This document shows, piece after piece, positions 39,818-50,850 of a stretch of 64,000 nt of DNA; position 1 is the first letter of the stretch, and each line of letters starts with the position of its first letter. A program made the translations under genes and the position numbers. A model generated the notes under the pieces. That model was not told the DNA's origin and searched no databases. It saw only the letters and a list, made by a program, of their open reading frames with translations. The DNA comes from Basidiobolus meristosporus CBS 931.73 (Eukaryota > Fungi > Basidiobolomycota), in contig MCFE01000237.1 of NCBI GenBank assembly GCA_002104905.1, positions 1 to 64,000 on the forward strand, in the 5' to 3' direction.

Positions 39818-40519
39818 TTAAGGTTGCAGGTTGATCAATTCACAGTACTCTTGGAAAGAAACGATTTCACCATTTGGCTTAATCTTTTTTAGGTCAACAT
39901 CGGGTATAATATGCGTGAAGTCATCACGTGCTGGGTCATTGGCCCAACGGTACTCAGAAATGTTGATTAAAAGCGGCAAAATATGGTCACCAACAAGCAG
40001 TTGAACCAAGCGTACAGCCAAATCCATCCCTGCAGTTACACCCGAGGAAGTAAAGATGTTTCCATCTTCAGTCCATCTCGCTTCACGGACCCAATTGACA
40101 TTGGTTCCAAATTGAGTAACCCATGGTAAGGTTATTTTGTTAGTAGTGGCCTTCTTACCATCGAGAATCCCAGCTTTAGCAAGAATCGCCGATCCGGTGC
40201 AAATAGACACGATATACTTCGTGTTAGAGCAAATCTTCAAAAGAGCATTCATGAACCCTTCATTAGCCATTGCCACCTCGACGCCAGGTCCACCTCCAGG
40301 AACAAAAACAATATCAAGTGGTGGAGGGTTGTTCCAGCTATGTGTACAATAAATGGAGGTTTGTTGACACGAAGGACTGGGACCAACCTCTTCCCCTAGG
40401 TAGCTGATTTTGAAATGCCCTGGGAGAGATCCGTACATACGTGTGCTTCCTGTGACATCGAGAAGGTCATACTCTGGGTAGAGCATTACACCAATGTTAT
40501 AGAAAGGAGTGGCAGCCAT
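39818..40519 (-). CDS. DJ-1/PfpI/ThiJ family protein, InhA (isonitrile hydratase)-like subgroup, intronless
   Basis: IGVMLYPEYDLLDVTG, DIVFVPGG, nucleophile SICTG, AGILDGKKATTNK, ARWTEDGNIFTSSGVTAGMD. The likely start is MAATPF at 40519. Confidence 0.92.
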   Translation of the reverse strand: MAATPFYNIGVMLYPEYDLLDVTGSTRMYGSLPGHFKISYLGEEVGPSPSCQQTSIYCTHSWNNPPPLDIVFVPGGGPGVEVAMANEGFMNALLKICSNTKYIVSICTGSAILAKAGILDGKKATTNKITLPWVTQFGTNVNWVREARWTEDGNIFTSSGVTAGMDLAVRLVQLLVGDHILPLLINISEYRWANDPARDDFTHIIPDVDLKKIKPNGEIVSFQEYCELINLQP

Positions 40520-41106
40520 GTTGGATGTTGACTTGCGTTCGTCCCACCTCCCAATATTTATTCTTGACAAAAGATTACGTAGGTGACACAATCTCTATCG
40601 TAGAAAATGCTTGAATTTCCGCAGTGGAGAATCTACATCCCTAATTAAGAGCATTTACCCCAATGGGCCATACACAAAATGCCCACATGGCACCAACCAG
40701 CAAAGCTGAAAGTGACGCCAGAAGCATATCTTGCGTATGTCTATATGTATCAGCCGTTCCCCTCAGGGCTTGAGGAGTGAAAATTGATATCTATGCCCAG
40801 TTCGGTCATTACTAATCCTATTTCTTGGAGAAAACCACTCCAATTGGATTGGTTTTAATCATATGCGTAGAGGCTTGCCTTTAAGCAAAGGGGCTTCTTT
40901 CATTGCTTAGCTCTTCCGGGACCCCGATATTTTAGGGCTCTGCTGTACACTGAGATATATATCTATGTATTCACGAGTTCAGCCATGGTTCGAGGTACCT
41001 TGAACCTAAATCCTCCGAATTTACAATCACCAATCAGCAATGGCAGTATTGTTCTATATTTCCTTTGGATGTAGGATTGATACACGCTCTGTCCCCATTA
41101 GTTAGC

Positions 41107-41127
41107 TTAGGGTTAGGGTTAGGGTTA
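41107..41127 (+). repeat. Interstitial telomere-like tract (TTAGGG)3TTA
   Basis: The sequence reads ...gttagc TTAGGG TTAGGG TTAGGG TTA caa... Confidence 0.9.
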
Positions 41128-41365
41128 CAATCAGTCGGATGGATTTTACGACGTGATGTGATATTGCGCTAGCAATGGCTTTAGTGTATTGTAAATAGAC
41201 CATATTAAATGGCCCTATTTGGCAACACAAGTATTTCAAATATGCTTAATTTTGTGGCCTAAACTCCAGTTGCTTGCACATGATTGTGCAACCAGATTGT
41301 TGCATATTCTAGGAGATTCGAAAGTCATGTAGAGGTCACTGATCGGAAGAATGGAACATACATAT

Positions 41366-42120
41366 CTATTCTTCAAGGGCCCTGCTGTTCTCATTCATTG
41401 ATGGATTGCTTATTCCATTAGAAATGCAGCCCAGAACTACAGTAGTTAGCATGAGTTTCCAGACGCGAATAGAAACATCAGGGGATCCACTATCTCTTGC
41501 TACAAACTTCAAATGATTCGCTGATCTTTCACTTGTCAAATTCGCCAGAATAGTCATCAAAGCAAGCGTCACGACCGTCATTGTTGCAATGACTAATATC
41601 ATGATACAACAACGATTTGATAGCAAGGTTGGGTGCAAGATACATAACTTGAAGACTAGGAATGAGACGAGGTTAGAATGGCAAACATGGATTTGGTGAT
41701 GAAAAAGTGTTAATACGTATGATGATCATACCTTTCTGATGGGAAATATTACGTTACTGATAACAGTTTAGTCATAGTGCAGCTTTGTTCTGTCAAGGCT
41801 ACAAATGCAGCACAACAATTCAATAATAATACAAACAAATAACCTGTAACCATCCGACTGGATAAGAAATACATGATCCTTTCGGCAATTGCTTGCAACA
41901 ATCCAACTAGGTTACAATATCAATTTGGGGTTGGTGATTTGGTGAAAATTTGAAAAATGATATTTACTCCAAGATTTTTGGAGTAGAGGTTATGTATTTG
42001 TTCTTAGTGATGACTTGGAGGATTTTTATCTGTACATAATTCTCAAGAATTGAGAAGATAGCACGCGAGTATAATATCAAATAATTTGACTATGAGCGAA
42101 ATCACGATAGTTGAGTTATT
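41366..42120 (-). pseudogene. Degenerate multi-pass membrane protein gene remnant
   Basis: Hydrophobic segments (TIVISLIVKLFDIILACYLL; MVTGYLFVLLLNCCAAFVAL; IMILVIATMTVVTLALMTILA; VWKLMLTTVVLGCI) are interrupted by stops and frame changes. Confidence 0.4.
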
Positions 42121-42224
42121 ACGCAAAGACAATATTTCAATAGAAAAGAGGCTTGGATGTGATTGTGATATATCCTAAAGAAAGAGTGGTTTGTCTTTAT
42201 CACCTGATGTATATATCAAGTCCC

Positions 42225-43300
42225 AAAGTGCTTCCAAAGTTTAATTTTATAGATACATAAAGAACATTTTTTGGTCGGGAAAGGGGGGGGCATACACATG
42301 CACTAGGTATTTTTGTTCTGTATGGTGAGTGATCACTTCTACTAGATACATAGAGTGGAAATGAAGTGTATACACTCTTGGAGACTGTTGAAAAAAGTAA
42401 AATATGTGTTGAAATTGTAAAGATACGTGAAGAGTGTTGCGAGTAGCAGTGGGAACTTGGAAGTGATCTGGGGTATTTAGAAGTGCAGTTGTTCACATAT
42501 GGATTTATTGAACTGAGAAGTCTATACCTGAGGGTGAACATCGTCAAAGTAATGATAAGACTGTTCTGAGAAAAGCCTCAGGAAGATGTGTGCAAAGTTT
42601 GGGGTCTTTGGGGGGGGGAGACTAGGAAACAATTCCCCATGATGCTAATTATTGGTGAAAATATCGTTGTAGATGTTGCAAGATTCTAGGGAGCATTGGA
42701 AGTGATTTAGAGAACCAGAAGAATTGCATGATATTCACTTGTTGTTTTATTGAGTTACTTATAGGGGAACTTCGAATAACTGACGATAAGAATGTTTCAA
42801 GGAAGGTTACAGGAAGCTGTGTGCAAAGTTTGAAAATATCGATAACTTCCAGACCTTCACTAATTCTAAGAATTAGCTAATATCTTGCAAACTAAATCTT
42901 GGGCAAATAATTCATAGCTTGGCAATAAGCTCAGTAGAATCTTACATTTTATGAATGGTTTAGGTGTAAACTAAATAAATACAACAGTAGAGTCTTAGAG
43001 ATATTGGTGGTGATTGGGAGAACTGTTGTAAATTCTGTAATTCGACCTAAATATTCCATTAACAAAGTCGCTTTGATCAAATTCTATTAATCTTAGAATA
43101 TCTTGCCCAAATTTTTTGTCGGGATTTACTTGGATCATAAATCAAGTACCCAGAACATGTGTGCAAAGTTTGGGGCCTTTGGACAACTTATCGAGTTTTT
43201 ATGTCCTGCGTGCCTGATATTTTGGTAAGATATTCCAAGTGACCAAGTTAATGGAACATTTAGGTGTAAATACCAAATTTATAACGAATATTAGGTTATC
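42225..43300. repeat. Degenerate modular repeat, locus 2 (three core copies plus an internal inverted duplication)
   Basis: GTGTGCAAAGT occurs at 42588, 42819 and 43159. TTGGAAGTGAT-type modules are near 42457, 42696 and 43004. Positions 42990-43023 match ~133-166 closely. Positions ~43024-43159 are an inverted copy of the ~328-460 segment. Confidence 0.85.
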
Positions 43301-43529
43301 AAACTTGTCGAAGTAAATAAACATGTAAGTCATAGCTAGAAGAGTGCAATATCCAAGACATATAAATAATTAGTTGCTATTCGAATTATTTACAACAGAA
43401 AATTTAGGAGCTTTTGTATGATATTGTAAATATCTATCCTTTTGATGCTTCAGCAACTATGCAAAGTACCCTATCAGACATTTTTGATATGAAATTAGCA
43501 GAAATCCAACTTATATTAAACTCTATTTT

Positions 43530-44800
43530 TCAAAAATGAGGACTAGGGTCCATATTTAAGGATAATACTACATGCAATATATAGAGCATCATATACACTA
43601 TTTCCGGGCAAAGTTTCGTCAATGTTAGTTGTAACATGAACCTGAAGTTAGAACCAACAATGATAAATTGAGTACTCACATACAACTTTTGATTCTCCGT
43701 AGAATAACTCTTGAATATTCGGCGCGTGTGGAGTTTATTGATAAAGACAAGTCTCAGGATACTCTGACCAAGGTACACAGTACATATTGTAGTAGCGACT
43801 GTGCTAGTCAGGATGAGCGGTCCACTGAGCATAGCTATATCCAACTGACCTCTGCAGTCGTAGAACAATCGTATACAGTCAGCTACGGTGGCAATTCGTG
43901 TGGGGAGCAAGTAAACTCTTGCAACCAAGAGGAGAGTAAGTTTCCTTTCATCAGTTTCTAGTAATTCGAAAAAGCATCAACCTTATTCTGTGAGCTACCA
44001 TACGACAGTTGGAATATTAGAACCATTTGAACATTGAGTGCTAAGAGTATACGATGTAATTCAATCATTGATGGTAGTTTGGAAGCTAATTCTCAATCTA
44101 ATAGAGTACGAACTCATCGAAGTACCCTAACTGTTGCTACCAATAATATCAAAACTATATTATAATGTTTTCCATGCTATATATTTCAGAGTGTACTCAG
44201 CAACGAATCCAGTTGTATAGAAGGGTCCGTTGTCGTAGCTCATCATGTTCCAACCACGAAAATGACTGCTACCAAAAAGTTCAACCCACTGTTGAGACAT
44301 CAAATGTCCAAGTGCCGTTGTTTCGTCAGGTGTTCACCACCGTTATCGGAAAACATGAGAACTTAAACACAGCTTCCACTAACAGCGACAAAAGACTTGA
44401 CGTCAGGTTCCAAGCAGACCCCAGTCTCGAAGTAGATGATTCAGCCGGTGTATCTGAGTACGCCAAACAGAAGAGAGCTTCGAACTCTGAGGATGGCTCA
44501 TCTTATCCTATTGTTATGGTTCAGCCCGCACAAGACGAGGCATACCTCACACTGGTAGTAGGCATCCAATACGTTGAATGATGTACTGGCCAGGATACAC
44601 AGTGCACTGAGCCTATGGAACACACTTAATGTACCGATAACTGCGCTTGAACCCAAAGCCAACATATTTACATTATTGATTCTATTGGTAACCTTATATG
44701 TGATAACAGAAATAGACCCATTGCCAACATGGGAACAAGAGTCTTTAACAGAATCTACTCAACACTCATCTCCGCACGTATGAAACCCAGTGACTAGCTT
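43530..44800 (-). pseudogene. Possible decayed membrane-protein gene adjacent to repeat locus 2
   Basis: A 132-aa hydrophobic ORF at 43530-43928. Upstream open segments with a GT-AG intron (..LSALCILASTSFNVLDAYYQCE|DKMSHP..) end in stops. Confidence 0.3.
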
Positions 44801-46262
44801 TTCTAAAAAGTCATAAAGTTCATGGCCTTATTTTGAGTGGAATACCATTACAAGACCGTATTGAAAAGGTATGAATGCCATCAAAAAACCATGAAAAATC
44901 CAATTTTAAAACTTCCGATAGGGAGTTGGCCATGTTTTTAGAAGCTAATTAGGACTTGAGTATTGATGTATTATGCCTTACGCTTGGCTAAATATCGTAG
45001 AAAATTAACTTTACCAAGTCCAACACTGACTACTTTCAACAGGATCAATATGAGGCAGATTGAATTGGGGGCTTAGCGAACAGTGTTGCGGAAGATCTTT
45101 GAGTGATGTATGCTAAATATAGAAGAATTTTTGGAAGATGCTTCAATATTTCCACCACTCCTTGGAATTGTCAAAGATGGTACGCAGTTCATTTCCGAAA
45201 ACTAATGAAATATGAGATGAAGATCATTGGTGTGTTGCAACCCGATTGACAGACATCCCTATGCTGAACCATTTAAGGCAAGTGCTCAATCCAGATTAGA
45301 GACAGTAATACCGGGCGCATTGTCGAAATTTGAAAAAATCTGAGATGCTTTGTGTTTTTAAGTATGACTAAGTCTAAGGGACTTAAGAGCTTGGAGGAAA
45401 TATGAAAATCTAATCTCTGAGCAATTCGGCTCTTGAATCAATATCTGTAGCCAATACAGCATACAAGATATTCACTGGCCAGATTCTCCCAAACATAAGA
45501 CGAGTGACAACAATATCAGCATCGGCATCTCTCAGAGCTTTTTAATGCACTCGGGTTCTCCCACCACTTCGAAGTTTCGAGAGCTCACTCTTCGGTATAA
45601 ACTGCCTATAATACCAACTAAAGAAGCAATGGCGCATGTGTAGGCGCCTACAAGACAGTTAATTCTAGCAATTACGCAATATGAATCCTGCTCAACTCGC
45701 CAATATAGGTATGGTATTATGATCCGAATCAGCAGATGATTGAGGGCTACACCGATTAAGCTGAACTAGAAGCAATCTGTAATCCGATGGAGCAACAAAT
45801 ACATGGAACTGGATTGAAATGAATTCAGTGGTTTGCCTGATAGACCATGACTCAGCCAGATGACCTCCAGAGGCATTTCGGGAGTCACCGGTATAGTCAA
45901 ACAGTCCACTCTAGGCGGGTCGATATCTTCACAGAGATCTCGTTGGTTTTCTAGATGTGTAAATCTCCTTGGACAGGTAGATAGTTCCTTAAATTATCAG
46001 AACCGTTTCACAAACTATTTAGCTTTGGCTACAACAACCATTATTGAGCTCAATGTTACCCGTACCTATTGCGTGGTACTTTTTTATACAATTCTTGAAA
46101 ATACCTATGTTGAGCAATTTCCCAAACGGTCAGTCAAGTGATAAGTATGCTCGAAGCTGCCTTTATATTAACACCTATATATTATTATTCCGTCTACATT
46201 TCCTGTTTATATATATAAGTGCTTTCCTACTACTATGTTGCAGAGTTTGTACGTACTATACA

Positions 46263-48158
46263 ATGCAAGACACCAGATGGTCACAGCAACGACAGCACTT
46301 GTTACCCGTAGTAAATTATAGCCCACAACACCAGTCTTCACCTGATTCAATGACTTCCGCTTACCAAGCAAATGAAAGCTTCACAAGCAACTACCTATAC
46401 AGTGGACAAGCTCGGTCATCCCCAATAGTGATTCTGTACGCTTTTGGTCACAGTTGTATGTAACAGGAGACTAATCCATTGATTCTAATAGAACTTCCCA
46501 GCCTAATCAACCTACATTTCTTGCGCCTTTACCTCACAGAACCGAGTTAGACCCGGCACGGCCTGGTTATCAAAAGTATGTTTAACTTGTGACCTTGACT
46601 ATCATGCATATTTAAATTAAGTCCAGTTTTTATCCGTGTACACAGTCATACCACTGTAGCTCGCGCTTTAGAAGTGGCAAAAGAACACCCATTTGCTCCG
46701 CAAAGTGAAAGAAAATATACCCTGGATAGCCCCGTAATATCCTTATCCTACGAAGCGCCGACTTTCCAACCTACTCTACCCAAGCGTAGAACAGAGTCTA
46801 TGTGTGCTACTAATGAGGCTGGTCCTTTATTCACGCAGACAAAGCAGCAATATGGTTTGTATAGTCCAGATAAATTGAACAGGTAATATACTCCTCACAT
46901 CATTATGCTTATATTCTGATATCCATATCTAAGTCTATGTTCGGCCTCTTCCAGCTACACTGCTCGTGTCGATTGTAAATTCGATAGAGGCTTTTTCCTA
47001 GCAGATAGTGATTGGACGTGCTACAGGCGCAACTATTTTCAAGTTAGCGGTGCTTTTACCTTAATTGGATTGAATCACCCACTGACCAATCCTGAATGCC
47101 CATGTTTAATCGAGGTGGATGCTGCCCACCATGGCATCATCAATTTTCATCTGGGGATATTTGCACAAGTCTCCAACAATGATAAAAGAATTACCTTAAT
47201 CCAGCACACTCCCAAGCGCGATAAGGGCCCGCAAATTGTCCCCACTGCCAAGCCTGTACAGCCTGGAGGGAATGTACACCTCAGCTCCATTGGATCAAGC
47301 CAGACTATTGTGACATTCGAGAGGATTCAATTCAAGACCGCGACTGCTAACAATGGGAAGAGGCGCTCTGCTCAACAATACTATGTTGTTGTTATGGAAC
47401 TCCTTGCTGAATGCGATAACGGTGAAACATATCAAGTTGCCACTTCGAACTCCGCCCCTTTGGTTGTTCGTGGTCGAAGCCCAGGTCACTACGCTAACGG
47501 TAACGACCGCTTGAATCGCTACAATACAAGCACACCTCCAGATGAAAGATACTACCAGTGTCAACAGCTTCCCTCCGATGCAGCTTCACCATACTCTACG
47601 CTACCTCCATTCACCCCATATCCCTGTCAATCCCCAGCCCAATTGATGATGACCCCACCAACACCCAACTCTGTCGATTCGTTTCAAAATCACTCTCCCT
47701 ACACGCTGCATGATCTAAACAGAAATGGAACCCCATCGTCCGAGGCATTCGCAAACGGGATTAGATCAGGACCTCATACTAATGACCATTTCCCAATTGC
47801 TAATCATTCTGAACCCTCTGATAACTCATATCAGGCACAGCCCTTATCTAGAACAAATCAAACCTCAATGGGCCTGAACATATACAACATTCATCCTCAA
47901 AGAGAGAATAACTGGACAAGGCCCCGCTTCAATTCCTATCATTCAGGGACTACTCACGCCACGATCGAAAGTACAGAATACCAGCAACGCGCGAGTTTAC
48001 CCAGGTCAGGACTCAGTGGCTATGAGGTAGAAAACCCCATATCTTCATTCAAACCCATGAGTGTAAATAGAATGAACTACCCTAATATTATGGGAAATTC
48101 ATACCAATCTCAGGCAGAAAATGCGCCATGGACAGATCGACATCCTAACGGGCTCTAG
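46263..48158 (+). CDS. NDT80/PhoG-family DNA-binding transcription factor, spliced
   Basis: DRGFFLADSDWTCYRRNYFQV; LIQHTPKRDKGPQ; VTFERIQFKTATANNGKRRSAQQYY; PLVVRGRSPGHY. Flanks are S/P/Q-rich. Confidence 0.95.
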
Positions 48159-50850
48159 TTGAGCTTCATATCAGCAGAGCAGTATCAGAGTACATCATTT
48201 ATCCATCGTCCCCATTCCTCTGCAATGTTTTGATGTTAGATTTTTGACAGCTTTGTACACATTACTTTTTTTACGTTGATTTTGTGTTGCAAATTCCTGT
48301 ATCATTTGGCCTTTGAACCTATCGTCGTCTAGTTACGAATTGACTTTGTGTTGATAGAACAATAGTCCCCTAGTATCAATTCTACATCAACTGACCTGCA
48401 TCATTTACCATAACCTTCTAATTTACAAACCAAATAACTCCTTGGCTAAGCATTCCCTGTCAGCAATAACTAGTTCGATATGAATATCGGCAAACTGAGA
48501 CGATGCCTTGGTAGAACTCTAACTAGGTACTGCACATTAATTGTGATCAAGCTGGTTCGATATTTGGTGACCAGGATTGTGGAAAACCTTTGGCGAATAA
48601 TCAAAGTGGCGTATCTGAACTTCCCATAAATTTTCAAACACTTTCACCAGTAATATTTGATACTTTATCATCATAAATGAGGTTTAAAAGTACACCACTT
48701 CACACTTTTTCTTTCTGTGCCACTATGATATGAGCTAGCATGAGAACTAAACGCACATCCGGTGCACCACAAATGTATTTTACCATACCATCACTACCCA
48801 ATATGGAGGGAATACTACCCCCCCCCAAAGCGGACTCTCATGCAAAATGAGCAAAGTCTATCAACAAAAAATCAACTTCCCCATTGAGAATGGTGTGGCT
48901 GTAAGAAACTTCGTAGGGTTCCATGTATCTGGATCATGAGAAGTAGAAAGATAACCTAAAACGGATTATGGATGTACCAAGTGAAAGACAATTGAGATTC
49001 ATATTGATAGTATGACCTTATCAAACATGTGAAGCACATTGAGATCTGGCGTGACTCACACCTTGACAAAAAAACCCTTTGCTCAGGGAATGGACATCAG
49101 TACGGTTTTAGTAATCGTAGTAGATCGAGCAGGTTAGAATTGGAATATGCCAAGAACTTTGATGGCAATATAATATAGTAAAGCACCGATTCCATACCAA
49201 AGAAAGCTCTGATCCAATTAACCTCAAGTAAAAGCAGTCTATTAACTACACGGCCAAATGGAAACAATATATATAATTAAATAAATGAGGTAATGGAGTA
49301 CATCTCTTCAGCATGTTCTCAATCACGATTCAAACATCAAAGAGGCTTCTCATGTGGCTGAAGCCATCACCACATATTCTTGAGGTGTCCTTGATATGTA
49401 CAAATTTTTGGGACACTACCATTGCAATCTAACTGCACCACCATTTTAGGGTCAGCTCATTCATAGAGAAATTATGTCTGACAAATAAAAACGACGCACT
49501 ATATTGTCATTAATAAATCCACAAATGCCTACACCCATGCTAGCCGATTCGACAGATTTATCAAAAATTCCGTATATCTTCCCTTGGGTCGGACTAAGTA
49601 TAACGCCCAAGTATAAAACGTTGCTATTACGAGGTATGTCACTGAGATGATCCCATAAATTTTGACTCTTCAACATTAGCTCAAATGGCCATCTCACTCC
49701 CCCTAACTTCTATTCGTTGTGAAGTCTATTTAATTATCTACTCCTTTGAGTCACTCAAGCCAATTCAAATACAAAGTGAATCATCATCTGCCGCTGTTAA
49801 TGTTCTCTATAATAAATAAATACATATACATACACATCCGCAAGCATCCACAAAGTACCTGCATCTACTCAGACTCCTCAATTGTGATGTTAAAACAATG
49901 ATTTGTGTTGCGAGCATTGTGTCAGAATAATTCCGGTATAATGAATACCAGATTACTTTTTATTGTGGGTCTCAACTATGCTACTCATATTCTAATGCTT
50001 ACCCAATTCTGGAATTCAGAGGGAGGCTGATCTGGGTTAAAATTGTATGAGGTTTGCCTTTTTGTCACGTAGCCTGTCCGAAAAAAGAAATTTACTGCCA
50101 CTCAGTGCAACCAACGGAAATGCATTCGTGATTTACGAGCGCGTTACTTGAAGTCACAGTGGTTCGCGCTACCATAGATTATCTGAAATACCCCTTTAGT
50201 CATCTAATTCCGATGCCAATAAAAAATCGCATCAAGTTGGAATAATTATTAAGCAAATTTCGGAGATCAGGGAGGGCCCGATAAACTAGTCCAGTAAAGC
50301 CCTATTTTGCAACCAGGCTTTCCATTTTGGTTACTGTATGTTGGAAATAATGGAAATTGCGGATTCTAAAAGATCGTAACATCAATATAAAATGTGGACG
50401 GCCCTTTTTAGGGATTCTGTAATATCTTTGATTGACGAGAAGTCGATACAACCAGTGATAGAAGAGCACTCATGGCATATTGAAAGCACCAATTTCTAAC
50501 CAAAAGGTGGAATAAATACAAGAATAGCAATGCAGTATGGAATCGTTCATACTTTGAGAATGTCTTACACATCTAGATGTAAATATAGCTACTAGATTCA
50601 TGTCCGGAAACCAATCAAGAGAGATATGGGTGTTTTGTTTTTTCCACTAGTTTGTGTCTTCGCCGCAGCCTTCGGTTCACTGATTAGAAATTGTAAATAA
50701 TAATAACGAAGATTTTTCGTCATCACAACAATTTTGCAGTTAAATAAACCCTTCGCCCTGAACACGACTTAGTAATTGTAGAGTCCTCCAGACCTTTACA
50801 CTTGATTTTTCTTTGTACAATAGAGCTATTCTCGCAGCAACCACTCTCTC

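Noticed and set aside
40930-41030. Possible TPP riboswitch (CTGAGA ... ACCTTGAACCT) near the ThiE/TenI-like gene
   Set aside because: The conserved GATCnGGnTAATnCCnGCGnAGG (P5/P4) part is missing after GAACCT, and the site is not in an intron or UTR of a thiamine gene.
48780-49700. Cytochrome P450 or ion-channel pseudogene on the - strand (HDPDTWNPTKFL..PFSMGKLIFC; NLLDLLRLLK)
   Set aside because: The motifs lie in different frames, the heme-motif spacing is wrong (G to C is +5, and it is too close to the PERF-like segment), and the two family guesses conflict.
50130-50170. MCB/SCB-like elements (AGCGCGTT, TTCGCG) upstream of RNR1
   Set aside because: They are short, imperfect and ~700 bp upstream, so they cannot be distinguished from background without comparative data.
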